Source of the DNA: Acidimicrobiales bacterium
GTDB lineage: Bacteria > Actinomycetota > Acidimicrobiia > Acidimicrobiales > BPGG01
DNA: 64,000 nt
Assembly: GCA_026002915.1 (NCBI GenBank)
Contig: BPGG01000001.1
Location: 1,312,366-1,376,365, forward strand
Reading direction: 5' to 3'
Under the pieces are notes generated by a model, which was given only the letters and a program-made list of their open reading frames with translations, did not search any database and was not told where the DNA came from. This document shows positions 43,742-53,891 of the stretch, piece after piece; position 1 is the stretch's first letter, and each line of letters begins with the position of its first letter. The position numbers were made by a program, and so were the translations under genes.

Positions 43742-45724
43742 CTAAGAATCCACGATCCGCGCACCCGGGAAGAACCTCTGGATTCGCTCCAGGGTCGTGG
43801 CCGGATCTGCGTCTTCCAATTCGTCCACGGCGATCGCTTCGACCCGCGGGTCCGCTGCGTCCGAGACGTCGCCCGGGGCCTCGTCACCGCTCGCCTCTCC
43901 TCGCTCTCGGCTCGCCCGTCCGCCTGAACCTCCGTCCAGTGCACCGGTCCACTGGAATTCCCGAGGAGGGGCGGATCCGTCGTCCACGACCACCCGCAGC
44001 CTCACCTTCGTGCCAAAACGCCTCGAGAGCTGCTCCTCTACCTCGGGAGCCAACTCCCTGCATCGGCGGAGAAAACCCTCGTCCGGCACCGCGAACACTG
44101 CGGTGCCGTTGTCGGAGGGGAGGAAGCGTCCCACCTTGAACCGTGCCCGGGCAGGCGGCGTCAAGCTAGGCAGGATCTCGTCGGCCCACACGAGAGTTAT
44201 CTCGTCACGACTGGGCGCACACACGGGATCCGCTTCCACGGCTTCGGCGGTGGCCACTTCGGGAGTGGCCACTTCGGGGGTTGCTACTTCGACGGTGGCC
44301 ACGCCCGACGCAGCCGCTCGTGCAGCTCCACCAGCGCCCCGAACCCGCGGGTTGGACGGGGGATCCGCCGAGGTGCTCCTCGGAGCCGAGCCGACCGTCT
44401 GGTCTCGTGGTTCTCCGCGGCGTCTGTCCGGCGCCGGACTCTCGGCGCCGCCCTTGAGCAGTCTGCGAGCTTCCTCGGCGGGGCTCATCCTCTCACCGGA
44501 TGCTTCTCTGGAAGCTTTCCGGCTTCCGCCCTTCGGGGAGGGGCGGACCGCGGCGGCACCAGGTGCAGACCTCCCGCCCACGTCTCCCTGGACCACCCCG
44601 GCCGACGCCGCGGGGCCTCCGGACGCGCCCGTCAGTCTCTCCAGGCGCTCGACCCGAGCCGCGAGGGCGTCGAGGTCTCGATCCAGTTCGGGGCGACACG
44701 CCCTGACGAGGGCCAGCTCGAGCGGGACACGCGGGTCGGGAGCGTTCCGCATGTCGACGATCGCTTCTCCGAGCAGTTCGATAGACCTCGTCACCGCACG
44801 AGGCCCGAGGGAGGTTGCCAACTCGGAGAGTTCTTCCCTCCGCGTGTCCGGCACGGGCCCCGGGTCGGCACCCATCTGAACGAGGAAGATCTCTCGCAGC
44901 CGCCGGATCAGGTCGTCGGCGACGGCGCGCGGCTGCACGCCCGCGTCGATCACTGCGGCCACCGATCTCAACGCCGCCGCCGGGTCACCGTCCCTCAGCG
45001 CAGCGACTATCTCGTCTGAGCCTCGAGATTCGACGACGGATCCCCCGGTCGCCACCACCTGCTCGAGGGCGGAGAGGGTGTCCCTGGCGGAGCCGGCGCC
45101 TCGCCTCAGCACGTACTCGACTGCCTCGTCGTCGACCTCGAGTCCGGCCTCCCGGATCACCGTCTCGACCAGATCCCGAAGTTCGGAGCCCGGCAGGAGG
45201 TGGAACTCGAAGTGCTGCGTGCGCGAGCGGATGGTGGGAAGCACCTTCTGTGGATCAGTCGTGGCGAGCACGAACACGACGTGTTCCGGTGGCTCCTCCA
45301 GCGTCTTCAGGAGAGCGTTCGACGCGGCCGTGGAGAGCATGTGCACCTCGTCGAGGATGTAAACCTTGGTCCGCCCGGGAGTGCCGAGTGCGGCCCTCTC
45401 CACCAGCTCGCGTATGTCGTCGACCCGGTTGTGCGAGGCGGCGTCGAGTTCGTGGATGTCGAACGAGCGCCCCTCTTCCACCGCGATGCAGGAGTCACAT
45501 TCGCAGCAGGGCTCGCCGTCGGAGGGGTGCTCGCAGTTCAGCGCCTTCGCGAGAATCCGGGCGGTGGAGGTCTTCCCCGTCCCCCGCGGTCCGCTGAAGA
45601 GATAGGCGTGAGAGACCCGGCCTTCCCGGACCGCGTTCTTCAGAGCTGCCGCGACGTGCGGCTGGCCTCGCAGCTCGGCGAACCGACGAGGTCTGAAACG
45701 GCGATAGAGAGACTGGTAGGCCAT
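43742..45724 (-). CDS. dnaX: DNA polymerase III subunits gamma/tau
   Basis: GPRGTGKTS Walker A, DEVHML and Cys cluster NCEHPSDGEPCCECDSC. Confidence 0.95.
   Translation of the reverse strand: MAYQSLYRRFRPRRFAELRGQPHVAAALKNAVREGRVSHAYLFSGPRGTGKTSTARILAKALNCEHPSDGEPCCECDSCIAVEEGRSFDIHELDAASHNRVDDIRELVERAALGTPGRTKVYILDEVHMLSTAASNALLKTLEEPPEHVVFVLATTDPQKVLPTIRSRTQHFEFHLLPGSELRDLVETVIREAGLEVDDEAVEYVLRRGAGSARDTLSALEQVVATGGSVVESRGSDEIVAALRDGDPAAALRSVAAVIDAGVQPRAVADDLIRRLREIFLVQMGADPGPVPDTRREELSELATSLGPRAVTRSIELLGEAIVDMRNAPDPRVPLELALVRACRPELDRDLDALAARVERLERLTGASGGPAASAGVVQGDVGGRSAPGAAAVRPSPKGGSRKASREASGERMSPAEEARRLLKGGAESPAPDRRRGEPRDQTVGSAPRSTSADPPSNPRVRGAGGAARAAASGVATVEVATPEVATPEVATAEAVEADPVCAPSRDEITLVWADEILPSLTPPARARFKVGRFLPSDNGTAVFAVPDEGFLRRCRELAPEVEEQLSRRFGTKVRLRVVVDDGSAPPREFQWTGALDGGSGGRASRERGEASGDEAPGDVSDAADPRVEAIAVDELEDADPATTLERIQRFFPGARIVDS
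44250..44309. repeat. 15-nt tandem repeat inside dnaX linker (encodes VATPE-type pentapeptide repeats)
   Basis: Units gtggccacttcggga, gtggccacttcgggg, gttgctacttcgacg, gtggccacgcccgac. The minus-strand translation is VATVEVATPEVATPEVATAE. Confidence 0.7.
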
Positions 45725-45740
45725 CTGCGCCGAGCCTATG

Positions 45741-45870
45741 CCGCTCTCACGAGTGGCGGCCAGGCTTGCTGCGGCACTCCGTGGGATCCGCTGAGAGCTG
45801 CTGCCTCCCGGCCCTGACTCGGTTCACGGTCCACGGATGCACAGGACCCGACCGCCACACGCGAGAGCGG
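45741..45870 (-). ncRNA. ffs: signal recognition particle RNA (small bacterial SRP RNA)
   Basis: The minus strand reads ...GUGAACCGAGUCAGGGCCGGGAGGCAGCAGCUCUCAGCGG..., the conserved domain IV core. It is closed by a 21-bp terminal helix (CCGCUCUCGCGUGUGGCGGUC / GGCCGCCACUCGUGAGAGCGG). It sits directly upstream of dnaX, as is typical. Confidence 0.8.
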
Positions 45871-45943
45871 CCTCGCGACAGGATAGCCTCGGCGGCTGCG
45901 ACCGCCCGTCGGTGCCCGGCCGAGCCTGCGAGGCCGCTGCAGC

Positions 45944-45995
45944 GCCGGATCGGCAGCGGGCCGGCCGGATCGTCGGCGGGCCGGATCGTCGGCGG
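45944..45995. repeat. 16-nt tandem repeat (gccggatcgtcggcgg, 2 perfect + 1 diverged unit) just upstream of tRNA-Ser(GGA)
   Basis: Units at 45944-45959 (2 mismatches), 45964-45979 and 45980-45995 (identical to each other). Confidence 0.85.
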
Positions 45996-46002
45996 CGTGA
46001 GA

Positions 46003-46087
46003 GGAGGGGTGCGAGAGCGGCCGAATCGGCACGCTTGGAAAGCGTGTGTGGGGCAACCCACCGTGGGTTCGAATCCCACCCCCTCCG
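46003..46087 (+). tRNA. tRNA-Ser (anticodon GGA)
   Basis: Manual fold: acceptor GGAGGGG/CCCCTCC, anticodon stem CACGC/GCGTG with loop TTGGAAA, long variable arm GTGGG-GCAA-CCCAC, T arm GTGGG-TTCGAAT-CCCAC. No encoded CCA. Confidence 0.9.
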
Positions 46088-46194
46088 CGGAAGAGATCGT
46101 GTGTGGAGACCGCGGCCTGCGCAGACGTCCAGGCCGCTCCCACCGTCGGCTTTGGGTGCCGACGGTAGGGATGTAGGCTCGCCGCGCCGTCTCC

Positions 46195-46281
46195 GGAGGG
46201 GTGCCAGAGCGGACGAATGGGGCGGCCTCGAAAGCCGTTGTGGCCTCCGGGTCACCGTGGGTTCGAATCCCACCCCCTCCG
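46195..46281 (+). tRNA. tRNA-Ser (anticodon CGA)
   Basis: Same acceptor and T arm as the first tRNA-Ser. Anticodon stem GCGGC/GCCGT with loop CTCGAAA, and a long variable arm. Confidence 0.9.
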
Positions 46282-46298
46282 CCGTGTCCGAGAGCCCG

Positions 46299-46352
46299 GC
46301 CTCGTCAGACCGGACCGCCTCGTCAGACCGGACGGTACCGTCCGACCAGACG
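46299..46352. repeat. 18-nt tandem repeat (gcctcgtcagaccggacc, 2 near-perfect + 1 diverged unit) just downstream of tRNA-Ser(CGA)
   Basis: Units at 46299-46316, 46317-46334 (1 mismatch) and 46335-46352 (diverged). Confidence 0.85.
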
Positions 46353-46355
46353 CTG

Positions 46356-46823
46356 ATGCGCGCCGCACTCGAGGAGGCCCACAAGGCCGTCGACCGCTCG
46401 GAAGTGCCGGTCGGCGCGGTGGTGGCCCTCGGGGGCGAGATCGTCGCCAGGGCCCACAATCGCAGGGAGGAGCTCGGCGACCCGACCGCTCATGCCGAGA
46501 TTCTCGCCCTGAGGGAGGCCGCGGCGCGGATCGGGTCCTGGCGCCTCGACGGGGCGACGGTCGCCGTGACCCTCGAACCGTGTCCGATGTGCGCAGGGGC
46601 TCTGGTCGCTGCCAGGGTGGCCCGAGTCGTCTACGGTGCCCCCGACCCGAAGGCGGGCGCGCTCGGCTCGCTTTACAACCTCGCCGCGGACCCGAGGTTG
46701 AACCACTCGTTCGAGCTCCGATGGGGAGTCGAGGAGGCGGCCTGCTCTGCACTGTTGTCGTCTTTCTTCGAAAGTCTCAGGCGCACCGAACGCGGAGGCG
46801 CGACATGCGGTTCAGGGGGCTGA
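46356..46823 (+). CDS. tadA: tRNA adenosine(34) deaminase
   Basis: HAEILALREA and TLEPCPMCAGAL zinc-binding deaminase motifs. ATG 46356 chosen, because the track ORF from 45837 runs through both tRNA genes. Confidence 0.9.
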   Translation: MRAALEEAHKAVDRSEVPVGAVVALGGEIVARAHNRREELGDPTAHAEILALREAAARIGSWRLDGATVAVTLEPCPMCAGALVAARVARVVYGAPDPKAGALGSLYNLAADPRLNHSFELRWGVEEAACSALLSSFFESLRRTERGGATCGSGG

Positions 46824-48658
46824 TCGGACACGACCCTGCCGAGGTGGAGGGGGCGAGGATATCTGGGGACCTCGTACGTCGAGTCTGGCGATTCGCCCGT
46901 CCGTACAGGACGATGATCTTCGCCTTCGTGGGCACAATCGTGGCCTCCAGCCTGCTGCAGCTGGTGCCTCCGCTCCTGTTCCGGGAGATCATCGACCGGG
47001 CGATCCCGCGGGGCGACAAGGCGCTGCTCGACTTGTTGGCCGTGGGAGTGGTCGTGGCTGCCTTTCTCTCTGCGGCGGCGGCGCTGTTGCAGAGATGGCT
47101 GTCGGCGAAGGTCGGGGAGGGGCTCATCTTCGACCTGCGCGTGGCCCTGTTCGACCACGTCCAACACATGCCGCTCGCGTTCTTCACCCGAACCCGTACG
47201 GGCGCGCTCGTGAGCCGGCTCAACTCGGACGTGATAGGAGCGCAGAGGGCGCTCACCCAGACCCTCGGATCGGTCGTCTCGAACGTCGTCACGCTGGCGA
47301 CGACCCTCACCGCCATGGCGGCGCTCGCCTGGCAGCTGACGCTCGCCTCGCTGGCCCTGCTCCCCGTCTTCCTCGTGCCCGCCAAGAGGGTGGGGAGGCG
47401 CCTTCAGCGCCTGACGAAGGATCGGATGGACCTCGACGCCGCGATGAGCTCGACGATGACCGAGCGTTTCTCGGTGGCCGGTGCCTTGCTCGCCAAGCTG
47501 TTCGGCCGACCCGACGAGGAAACGGCGCAGTTCGCCGAGAAGGCCGCTGCCGTGCGGGATTCGGGAGTGCGCGTTGCTCTGTTGGGTCGGGTGTTCTTCG
47601 TGACCCTCGGATTGGTAGGTGCGCTTGCAGTCGCCGCCATCTACTGGTGGGGCGGGAGGATGGTGCTGGCTGGTTCCCTCACGCTCGGCACCCTCGTGGC
47701 GCTGGCCGCGTTCGTGACTCGCATCTACGAGCCGCTCACGAGCCTCACAAACGCCAGGGTCGACCTCATGACGGCCTTCGTCTCGTTCGAACGCGTCTTC
47801 GAGGTGCTGGACACCCCGCACGCGATCTCAGACAAGGTCGACGCGGTCGATCTCGTCGAGCCTCGCGGCGAGATCGAATTCGACGACGTCTGGTTCACCC
47901 ACCCCAGACCCGAACAGGTCTCGATCCGTTCGCTGGAGGACGTGACACACGCGTTCGGGGACGTCTCGGACCGGCCGGTCATAAGGGGCGTGAGCGCGCA
48001 CGTAGCGCCCGGACAGAAGGTCGCGCTGGTCGGCCCCTCGGGGGCCGGGAAGACCACCCTCGCCCTGCTTGTCCCCCGCATCTACGACGTCACTTCCGGG
48101 GCGGTTCGCTTCGACGGCGTCGACGTGCGGGATCTCCGCCAGGCGTCGCTGAGGGCGGCGATCGGCATGGTGACCCAGGACCCCCACCTCTTCCACGACA
48201 CCGTCGCGAACAACCTCCGCTACGCAAGGCCGGACGCCACCGACGAAGAACTCGTGGAGGCCTGCGTCCTGGCTCGTATCCACCACGTGATCGCCGCCCT
48301 TCCCGACGGATACGAGACCGTGGTCGGCGAGAGGGGCTATCGCCTGTCCGGCGGGGAGAAGCAGCGTCTGGCCATATCACGTGTCCTTTTGAAGAACCCG
48401 GCGGTGGTGATCCTCGACGAGGCCACCAGCCATCTCGACGCGGAGAACGAGGCCGCTGTGAGAGAAGCCTTGGAGGTCGCCCTCGAAGGTCGGACCGCCC
48501 TGGTCATAGCGCACCGACTCTCGACGGTCGCGGGAGCAGACCAGATCCTGTTCATGGAAGACGGCCGGATCGTCGAGACGGGCTCCCACGAGGACCTGGT
48601 GGCAGCCGGAGGACGCTACGCCCAGACGTACAAGGTGCTCATCGGCGCCGATCGATAG
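46805..48658 (+). CDS. ABC transporter, fused permease/ATP-binding exporter (MsbA/MdlB type)
   Basis: Six-helix exporter domain followed by [17 protein letters not shown] and ILDEATS. ATG 46805 overlaps the tadA end. Confidence 0.9.
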   Translation: MRFRGLIGHDPAEVEGARISGDLVRRVWRFARPYRTMIFAFVGTIVASSLLQLVPPLLFREIIDRAIPRGDKALLDLLAVGVVVAAFLSAAAALLQRWLSAKVGEGLIFDLRVALFDHVQHMPLAFFTRTRTGALVSRLNSDVIGAQRALTQTLGSVVSNVVTLATTLTAMAALAWQLTLASLALLPVFLVPAKRVGRRLQRLTKDRMDLDAAMSSTMTERFSVAGALLAKLFGRPDEETAQFAEKAAAVRDSGVRVALLGRVFFVTLGLVGALAVAAIYWWGGRMVLAGSLTLGTLVALAAFVTRIYEPLTSLTNARVDLMTAFVSFERVFEVLDTPHAISDKVDAVDLVEPRGEIEFDDVWFTHPRPEQVSIRSLEDVTHAFGDVSDRPVIRGVSAHVAPGQKVALVGPSGAGKTTLALLVPRIYDVTSGAVRFDGVDVRDLRQASLRAAIGMVTQDPHLFHDTVANNLRYARPDATDEELVEACVLARIHHVIAALPDGYETVVGERGYRLSGGEKQRLAISRVLLKNPAVVILDEATSHLDAENEAAVREALEVALEGRTALVIAHRLSTVAGADQILFMEDGRIVETGSHEDLVAAGGRYAQTYKVLIGADR

Positions 48659-49436
48659 AGGAATCGCCCGAGGAGTCGAGAGCCCCGAGGCGTTCGCGCA
48701 GCCACGCGATGTCCTCTGCGCGTGCGTCCTCGGCAGTCTCGCAGACGACGTCACAGCCGGCCTGACGAACCACCTCGACGATGGCGTCCGGATCGATCTT
48801 CCCCCGCCCCAAGTGCTCGTGCCGGTCCCTTCCAGAACCCGCCTCGTCCTTGGAGTCGTTGCAGTGGACGAGGTCGATCCTTCCCGTGATCCGCCGTATG
48901 CGCTCAACGGCCGTGAGCAGATCCTCACCCGCCGCGTGAGCATGGCACGTGTCGAGGCAGAAGCCCACCCCCAGGTCCCCGATGTGTTCCCAGAGTCTTG
49001 CGATGACGTCGAAGTGGCGTGCCATCGCGTGCTGCCCGCCGGCCGTGTTCTCGATCAAGACGGGGACCTCGGACTCCAACGTCTCGAGCGCCTTCCGCCA
49101 TCGCTCGAACCCGGCGACCAGGTCCTCGTCGGAGGTGACGTGACCACCGTGCACCACAACACCCGCCGCCCCGATGGCGGCTGCCGCCTCACAAGTCTGC
49201 TGCAGCAGCTTTCGCGAAGGTATTCGGATGCGGTTGTTCGGGGATGCCACGTTGATCACATAGGGCGCATGCACGTAGATGGGTATTGCGGCGGAGCGGA
49301 GCTCGTCGGCGTCGCTGCGAGGCGTCGGAGCCTTCCAACTCTGCGGATTTGAGAGGAATATCTGGACACATTCGGCTGCTTCCGCTTCTGCGACACCCAG
49401 CGGATCGTCTGCTCCGACGTGACCCCCGATGCGCAC
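48639..49436 (-). CDS. nfo: deoxyribonuclease IV (endonuclease IV)
   Basis: [20 protein letters not shown] and [11 protein letters not shown]. Confidence 0.9.
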   Translation of the reverse strand: MRIGGHVGADDPLGVAEAEAAECVQIFLSNPQSWKAPTPRSDADELRSAAIPIYVHAPYVINVASPNNRIRIPSRKLLQQTCEAAAAIGAAGVVVHGGHVTSDEDLVAGFERWRKALETLESEVPVLIENTAGGQHAMARHFDVIARLWEHIGDLGVGFCLDTCHAHAAGEDLLTAVERIRRITGRIDLVHCNDSKDEAGSGRDRHEHLGRGKIDPDAIVEVVRQAGCDVVCETAEDARAEDIAWLRERLGALDSSGDSSIDRRR

Positions 49437-49531
49437 GCAGCAACCCTACTCGCCACAGCGCCCCGGGCCGACCCGATCCACTCCAGGGAGGGCTCGTGGA
49501 GTTCAGCCTGTCCGACCTAGCTCACGTCTCG

Positions 49532-51379
49532 CTAGCCACCGAGGGGAGGGTCCCAGCAGGTGGCGGTGGCCGTGGCCGCATACGGGTCGCCCAATAGCTC
49601 ACACACGGGAGAGGAGAGTCTCCTCGGAGGGTCGGATTCCAGCAGGTCGTCACATCTCGGGGGCGAGGTGAGCGCGTTCCTGTCGACTTCCCGGGCGATC
49701 TCGACGACCCGTTCGAACAGTCTCCGTTCGGCCGCACCCAGCAGCGACAGGTCGTCGGAGACGAACACGGCTCCTCCGGATGCGGCCACTGCCTTCGCCC
49801 ACGCCTCCACTGCCTCGGCGGAGAGATCGGTGTCCGTGGTCCGCAAGAGCAGGCAGTCCGGGTCGGAGATCCACAGCCTGCGATGCGTGAACGAGCGTGC
49901 CAGCGTGGCACTCCAGGCGTTGAGCACCGCCGGTTCGACCTCGGCGTAGGAGGGGAACATCGGCGAGACGACTTCCCAGTGGGGAGCCACGTCCGGCCCG
50001 ATCCTCATCCCGTCCACCAGACCAAGCGCTGCGCCCAGCGGCGCTCCGCATCCGAGAAGGAACACGTCGTCGCCTGCGGCCTCCCGCACCGTCTCGAAGC
50101 CGATCCGCACGCGTTCGGCCGGGGTCATCTCCGGATCGGACCAGAGCCCCCGCAGCGACGGGGCGTACGTGAAGTCGAGCTTCAGGTACCTCCACCCCAT
50201 CTCGACGAGCTCTCTCACCTGCGTCGCGAGATGCTCCCGTACCTCGGGGTTGGTGACGTCGAGGGCGAGTGCCCTCCCACCCCAGCCGGGGTTCACCATC
50301 CCAACCAGCTCTCCGCCGGTCTCGTGCATCGCCACCCATCCGGCACGACGGGCCGCTTCGGCTTCCGGCGAGACGAGGAAGGGAGCGATCCAAAGGCCCG
50401 GCACCATTCCGGCCCGCTCGATGCGTCCGGCCAACTCGCCCAGTCCTCGTGGGAAACGCTCGCTCGTTACCGTCCACTCCCCTATCTGCCGCTGGTAGCC
50501 GTCGTCTACTTGAAATATGTCGAACGGCCAGTCGGCGGCCGCGGCGAGGTTGGAGAGGATCTTCTGCTCGTCGATGTCGTGGAAGTACTGGTACCAGCTG
50601 CACCATCCCACGGGGAGAGGCTTGCGGGGACTCGTCACTCCCTCTGCGGCGGCGAGAGCGTCGCACCACGCGACCAGCATGTCGTGGTGGTCGCCTCCCA
50701 CCCACGAGACGACGTCGTGCAGCGTCCTCGCGACCGACGGCCGGAGAAGCGCTCCCCCCAGATGCGCCTCGACCGCGAGCTCCGGTCCCTCTTCGGTCGC
50801 CGTAACGCGGAAGGTGCCGTCGTGGCGACTACCTCCGAGGAAACCCAGACACCAGATCCCACCCGAACCGTCCGCCAGGAGCGTCACCAGCTCGGAGCGC
50901 AGCTCCTCTTCCCCCGCCGGCTCCTGGTCGGCGTGGTGCATCCCGCGCAGCAGCGAGGGCACGTAACCGACGGTCGACGGGTCGAGGTCTCTGCCGACCA
51001 CTGCCACACCGCAGGGTGACCACGACTGGAAGCCGTGGCGGAACATGCGCAGAGGTCCCGCGTGCTCGACTTGGAAGACCAGCCTCACGGCCCGCACCCG
51101 GACCGCCGCGGACTCGGCGTTGGTCAACTCCCATGCGATCAGTCGGCTCGGCCCGGCCCGGGACTCGTCGGTCGGACTCCGCCGCGTCGCCTCCGCCCGA
51201 GCGGAGCTCGACGCCCACGCCGCCATCGAACTTGGCTCGCCCACCTCGACCGTGAGCTCACAGGGGCCGAGCCGAAGCCTGCCGGTCTCGCCACCCCAGG
51301 CGGACGACCAGCAGTGCCCGGGGTGCGCGGGGTCTGCCCTGTCTGCCCACAGCTCGGCGCGTAGGGGTCGGATTTCCAC
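49532..51379 (-). CDS. alpha-galactosidase (GH36/melibiase-like)
   Basis: VGWCSWYQYF, FQVDDGYQ, GLWIAPF and YLKLDF. Confidence 0.7.
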   Translation of the reverse strand: MEIRPLRAELWADRADPAHPGHCWSSAWGGETGRLRLGPCELTVEVGEPSSMAAWASSSARAEATRRSPTDESRAGPSRLIAWELTNAESAAVRVRAVRLVFQVEHAGPLRMFRHGFQSWSPCGVAVVGRDLDPSTVGYVPSLLRGMHHADQEPAGEEELRSELVTLLADGSGGIWCLGFLGGSRHDGTFRVTATEEGPELAVEAHLGGALLRPSVARTLHDVVSWVGGDHHDMLVAWCDALAAAEGVTSPRKPLPVGWCSWYQYFHDIDEQKILSNLAAAADWPFDIFQVDDGYQRQIGEWTVTSERFPRGLGELAGRIERAGMVPGLWIAPFLVSPEAEAARRAGWVAMHETGGELVGMVNPGWGGRALALDVTNPEVREHLATQVRELVEMGWRYLKLDFTYAPSLRGLWSDPEMTPAERVRIGFETVREAAGDDVFLLGCGAPLGAALGLVDGMRIGPDVAPHWEVVSPMFPSYAEVEPAVLNAWSATLARSFTHRRLWISDPDCLLLRTTDTDLSAEAVEAWAKAVAASGGAVFVSDDLSLLGAAERRLFERVVEIAREVDRNALTSPPRCDDLLESDPPRRLSSPVCELLGDPYAATATATCWDPPLGG

Positions 51380-51503
51380 GGTCCGACACTACGTCCCCTG
51401 CCGCCGACACGCTCGGGCCGCGTGGGAAGGAGGAACACAGTGGTAGACGGCGACAGATGGGAGCACATGTCGGCCGGGACCTCGCGGGCCGAGCCCGGCT
51501 AGC

Positions 51504-52898
51504 GTGATCGACGTGTCGATGGCTGACGACACGTTCACGGTCGGCGAGCTGAACGAACTCCTGCGGGAAGGTGTCCGCACCCTCTTCCCCGAGGCGATCT
51601 GGGTGCAGGGAGAGATCGGCTCGCTGGATCGCAGCCGGAACGGCCACGTGTTCTTCGAACTGCATGACCCGCCGGAGGACTCTTCGGGTCGAGTACCCGC
51701 CCGAATCAACGTCGTGCTGTTGGCCCGTGACAGATCCAGCGTGAACCGGACGCTGAGGGAGGCGGGAAACACCGTCCGGATGCGTGACGGGCTCTCCATC
51801 CGGATCAAGGCCTTCGTCGACGTCTACGCCCCGGCGGGGCGCCTCCAGCTGCGCATGGTGGGCATCGATCCCACACACACGCTCGGGGAGCTCGAGCTGC
51901 GGCGCCTGCAGACCATCGCCCGGCTCGAGAAGGAGGGGTTGCGGCACCGCAACGCGCGACTCCCGTTTCCACCGTTCCCCTACAGGATCGGCCTTGTGAC
52001 GGCGGAGGGGTCGGCTGCCGAGGCGGACTTCCTCCACGAGCTGGAGGCCTCGGGGCTTTCCTGGAATGTGCTCTTGGCGTACGCCGCGATGCAGGGAGCG
52101 GACTGCGAGAGGTCGGTCCGCTCTGCTCTGTTGACCCTGGAGAAGATGCGTCCGGATGCGATCGCGGTGGTCCGCGGAGGCGGTGCGAGGACGGACCTCG
52201 CCGTGTTCGATTCGGAGCTGTTGGCTCGCACCGTCGCACTGCTGGACATACCGGTGGTGGTCGGCATCGGTCACGAGACGGATCGTTCCGTGCTGGACGA
52301 GGTTGCCCACGTCTCGTGCAAGACGCCGACCGCGGCCGCCGCCCATCTCGTCTCGGTGGCCATCGGGGCGGTCGAGCGCGCCGAGCAGGCATGGGAGGAG
52401 GTGCGCTCGGCCTCCCTGGAGACGCTGCGAGGTCATCGGCAGAGGATCGAGTCGTTCGCACACTCGGCGAGGTCGTCGACGTCGAGACGCACGACCCTCG
52501 CCCGCCAGGAAGTGGAGAGGAAGGTCCGCTCGATCCTCACGAGGGGAGTGGCGCGACTGGCGGCCGACGACGAGAGGATCTCCGGCTGTGGCTCACGGGT
52601 CGCGGCCAGGTCTTCGACCATCCTGCGCCACCACAGAGATCGGGTGGGCACGTTCGAGCGGATCGTGAGCCTCGCAGATCCGGCCCGCCAGCTCGCACGG
52701 GGCTGGTCGCTCACTTACACGCGGGACGGAAAGCTCCTCCGCTCCCCGGCCGACGTGGAGAAGGGCGACGATCTGGTGACTATCGTCGCGGCGGGTCGGG
52801 TCTCCTCCACGGTGACGGGCGCCGAGATCCGACCCACACGATTCGTCGTCGAAGGTCCTGGGGTCGCCGACGAGTTCACAGATGACACGAGAAGCTGA
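51504..52898 (+). CDS. xseA: exodeoxyribonuclease VII large subunit
   Basis: FTVGELNELL and the OB-fold region WVQGEIGSLDRSRNGHVFFELHD. The start could instead be ATG 51519. Confidence 0.9.
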   Translation: MIDVSMADDTFTVGELNELLREGVRTLFPEAIWVQGEIGSLDRSRNGHVFFELHDPPEDSSGRVPARINVVLLARDRSSVNRTLREAGNTVRMRDGLSIRIKAFVDVYAPAGRLQLRMVGIDPTHTLGELELRRLQTIARLEKEGLRHRNARLPFPPFPYRIGLVTAEGSAAEADFLHELEASGLSWNVLLAYAAMQGADCERSVRSALLTLEKMRPDAIAVVRGGGARTDLAVFDSELLARTVALLDIPVVVGIGHETDRSVLDEVAHVSCKTPTAAAAHLVSVAIGAVERAEQAWEEVRSASLETLRGHRQRIESFAHSARSSTSRRTTLARQEVERKVRSILTRGVARLAADDERISGCGSRVAARSSTILRHHRDRVGTFERIVSLADPARQLARGWSLTYTRDGKLLRSPADVEKGDDLVTIVAAGRVSSTVTGAEIRPTRFVVEGPGVADEFTDDTRS

Positions 52899-53235
52899 CA
52901 TCCCCTACGCAGAGGCTCTGCGGGAGCTGGAAGAGATCGTCTCCCGTATCGAGCGGGACAACCTCGACGTGGACAGGCTGGTCGAGGACGTCCGTCGCGC
53001 GGCCGAGTTGATAAGGGTCTGCCGCCGTCGACTGGATCAGGCGACCGTAGAGATAGAGCAGATCGTCGCGGACATCGAGTCCGAGATCGATCAACCTCGC
53101 CTCGAGGTGGCGGCTTCGAGTCGCGCTCGGAACACGCACGGGGCCGAAGAAGGTTTCTCAGACGAGGAGATCGCAGAGACGGACTACGTTTCCGGCGAAT
53201 GCGAGGAAGGCGAGGAGGAAGGGGAATGGTCGTGA
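52882..53235 (+). CDS. xseB: exodeoxyribonuclease VII small subunit (with acidic C-terminal tail)
   Basis: PYAEALRELEEIVSRIE...LEDVRRAAELIRVCRRRLDQA. Overlaps the xseA end by 17 nt. Confidence 0.85.
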   Translation: MTREADIPYAEALRELEEIVSRIERDNLDVDRLVEDVRRAAELIRVCRRRLDQATVEIEQIVADIESEIDQPRLEVAASSRARNTHGAEEGFSDEEIAETDYVSGECEEGEEEGEWS

Positions 53236-53891
53236 CCGTCGCCCCTGCGGAACGCAAGCTCACGACGGAACTGGTGGTGCAGGCCGCTAGGAAGATCGTC
53301 GCAGAACATGGCGTGGCCGGGTTGTCGTTGAGGAGGCTCGCGGCCGACCTCGGGGTTACCGCCCCGGCCCTCTACGGACACGTCGGGAACAAGGAGAACC
53401 TCCTCAGGCTGGTCGCGGCCGAGGAGTACCGGGAACTGGCCACGCGCATGCGGACGGTGGACGAACCGGACCCCGTGAGACGCATCAAGGCGAACGCCTT
53501 CGTGTACTTCCAATACGCTCTCGAGAGCCCCGGGCGGTTCGGCGTCCTCTTCGCCTTCCGGCCGTGGGCGCCGACGGACCTCGCGGACGCCGAGGGAGAT
53601 CCGACGCTTCATCCGGACGCCGCCGAGATGTTCGAGGTTGCCGTCGCCTCGGTCCGGGAAGCCGTCGAAGAGGGCCTCATCGACCGGACCGACCCGTTTG
53701 AGGCGGCGCTGTGCGTGTGGGCCGCTGTGCACGGAGCGGTGACCGTGGCCCTACTCGGCCTCGGGCTCGGCGAGGGTGTCGAGCTCCGCCTCTTCGAGGA
53801 CGTGGTCGACACGGTGCTCGTCGGCATGGGAGCCGACCGGTCCCGGCTGCAGGGGGTAGCGGTGGGCGTTCAGCCGGAGGCTCGAGCGTAG
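53226..53891 (+). CDS. TetR-family transcriptional regulator
   Basis: HTH LSLRRLAADLGVTAPALYGHV. ATG 53226 overlaps the xseB end. Confidence 0.85.
   Translation: MVVTVAPAERKLTTELVVQAARKIVAEHGVAGLSLRRLAADLGVTAPALYGHVGNKENLLRLVAAEEYRELATRMRTVDEPDPVRRIKANAFVYFQYALESPGRFGVLFAFRPWAPTDLADAEGDPTLHPDAAEMFEVAVASVREAVEEGLIDRTDPFEAALCVWAAVHGAVTVALLGLGLGEGVELRLFEDVVDTVLVGMGADRSRLQGVAVGVQPEARA

Noticed and set aside
43742-45724. Looked for a programmed -1 frameshift site in dnaX (gamma subunit production).
   Set aside because: I noticed no A-rich slippery heptamer (A AAA AAG type) in the coding strand. The gene appears to encode a single tau-length product.
45944-46352. Checked whether the short tandem repeats around the tRNA-Ser genes, or any other repeats in the window, could be a CRISPR array.
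   Set aside because: The units are 16-18 nt and directly abutting with no spacers, with only 2-3 copies. There are no cas genes. They are not CRISPR.
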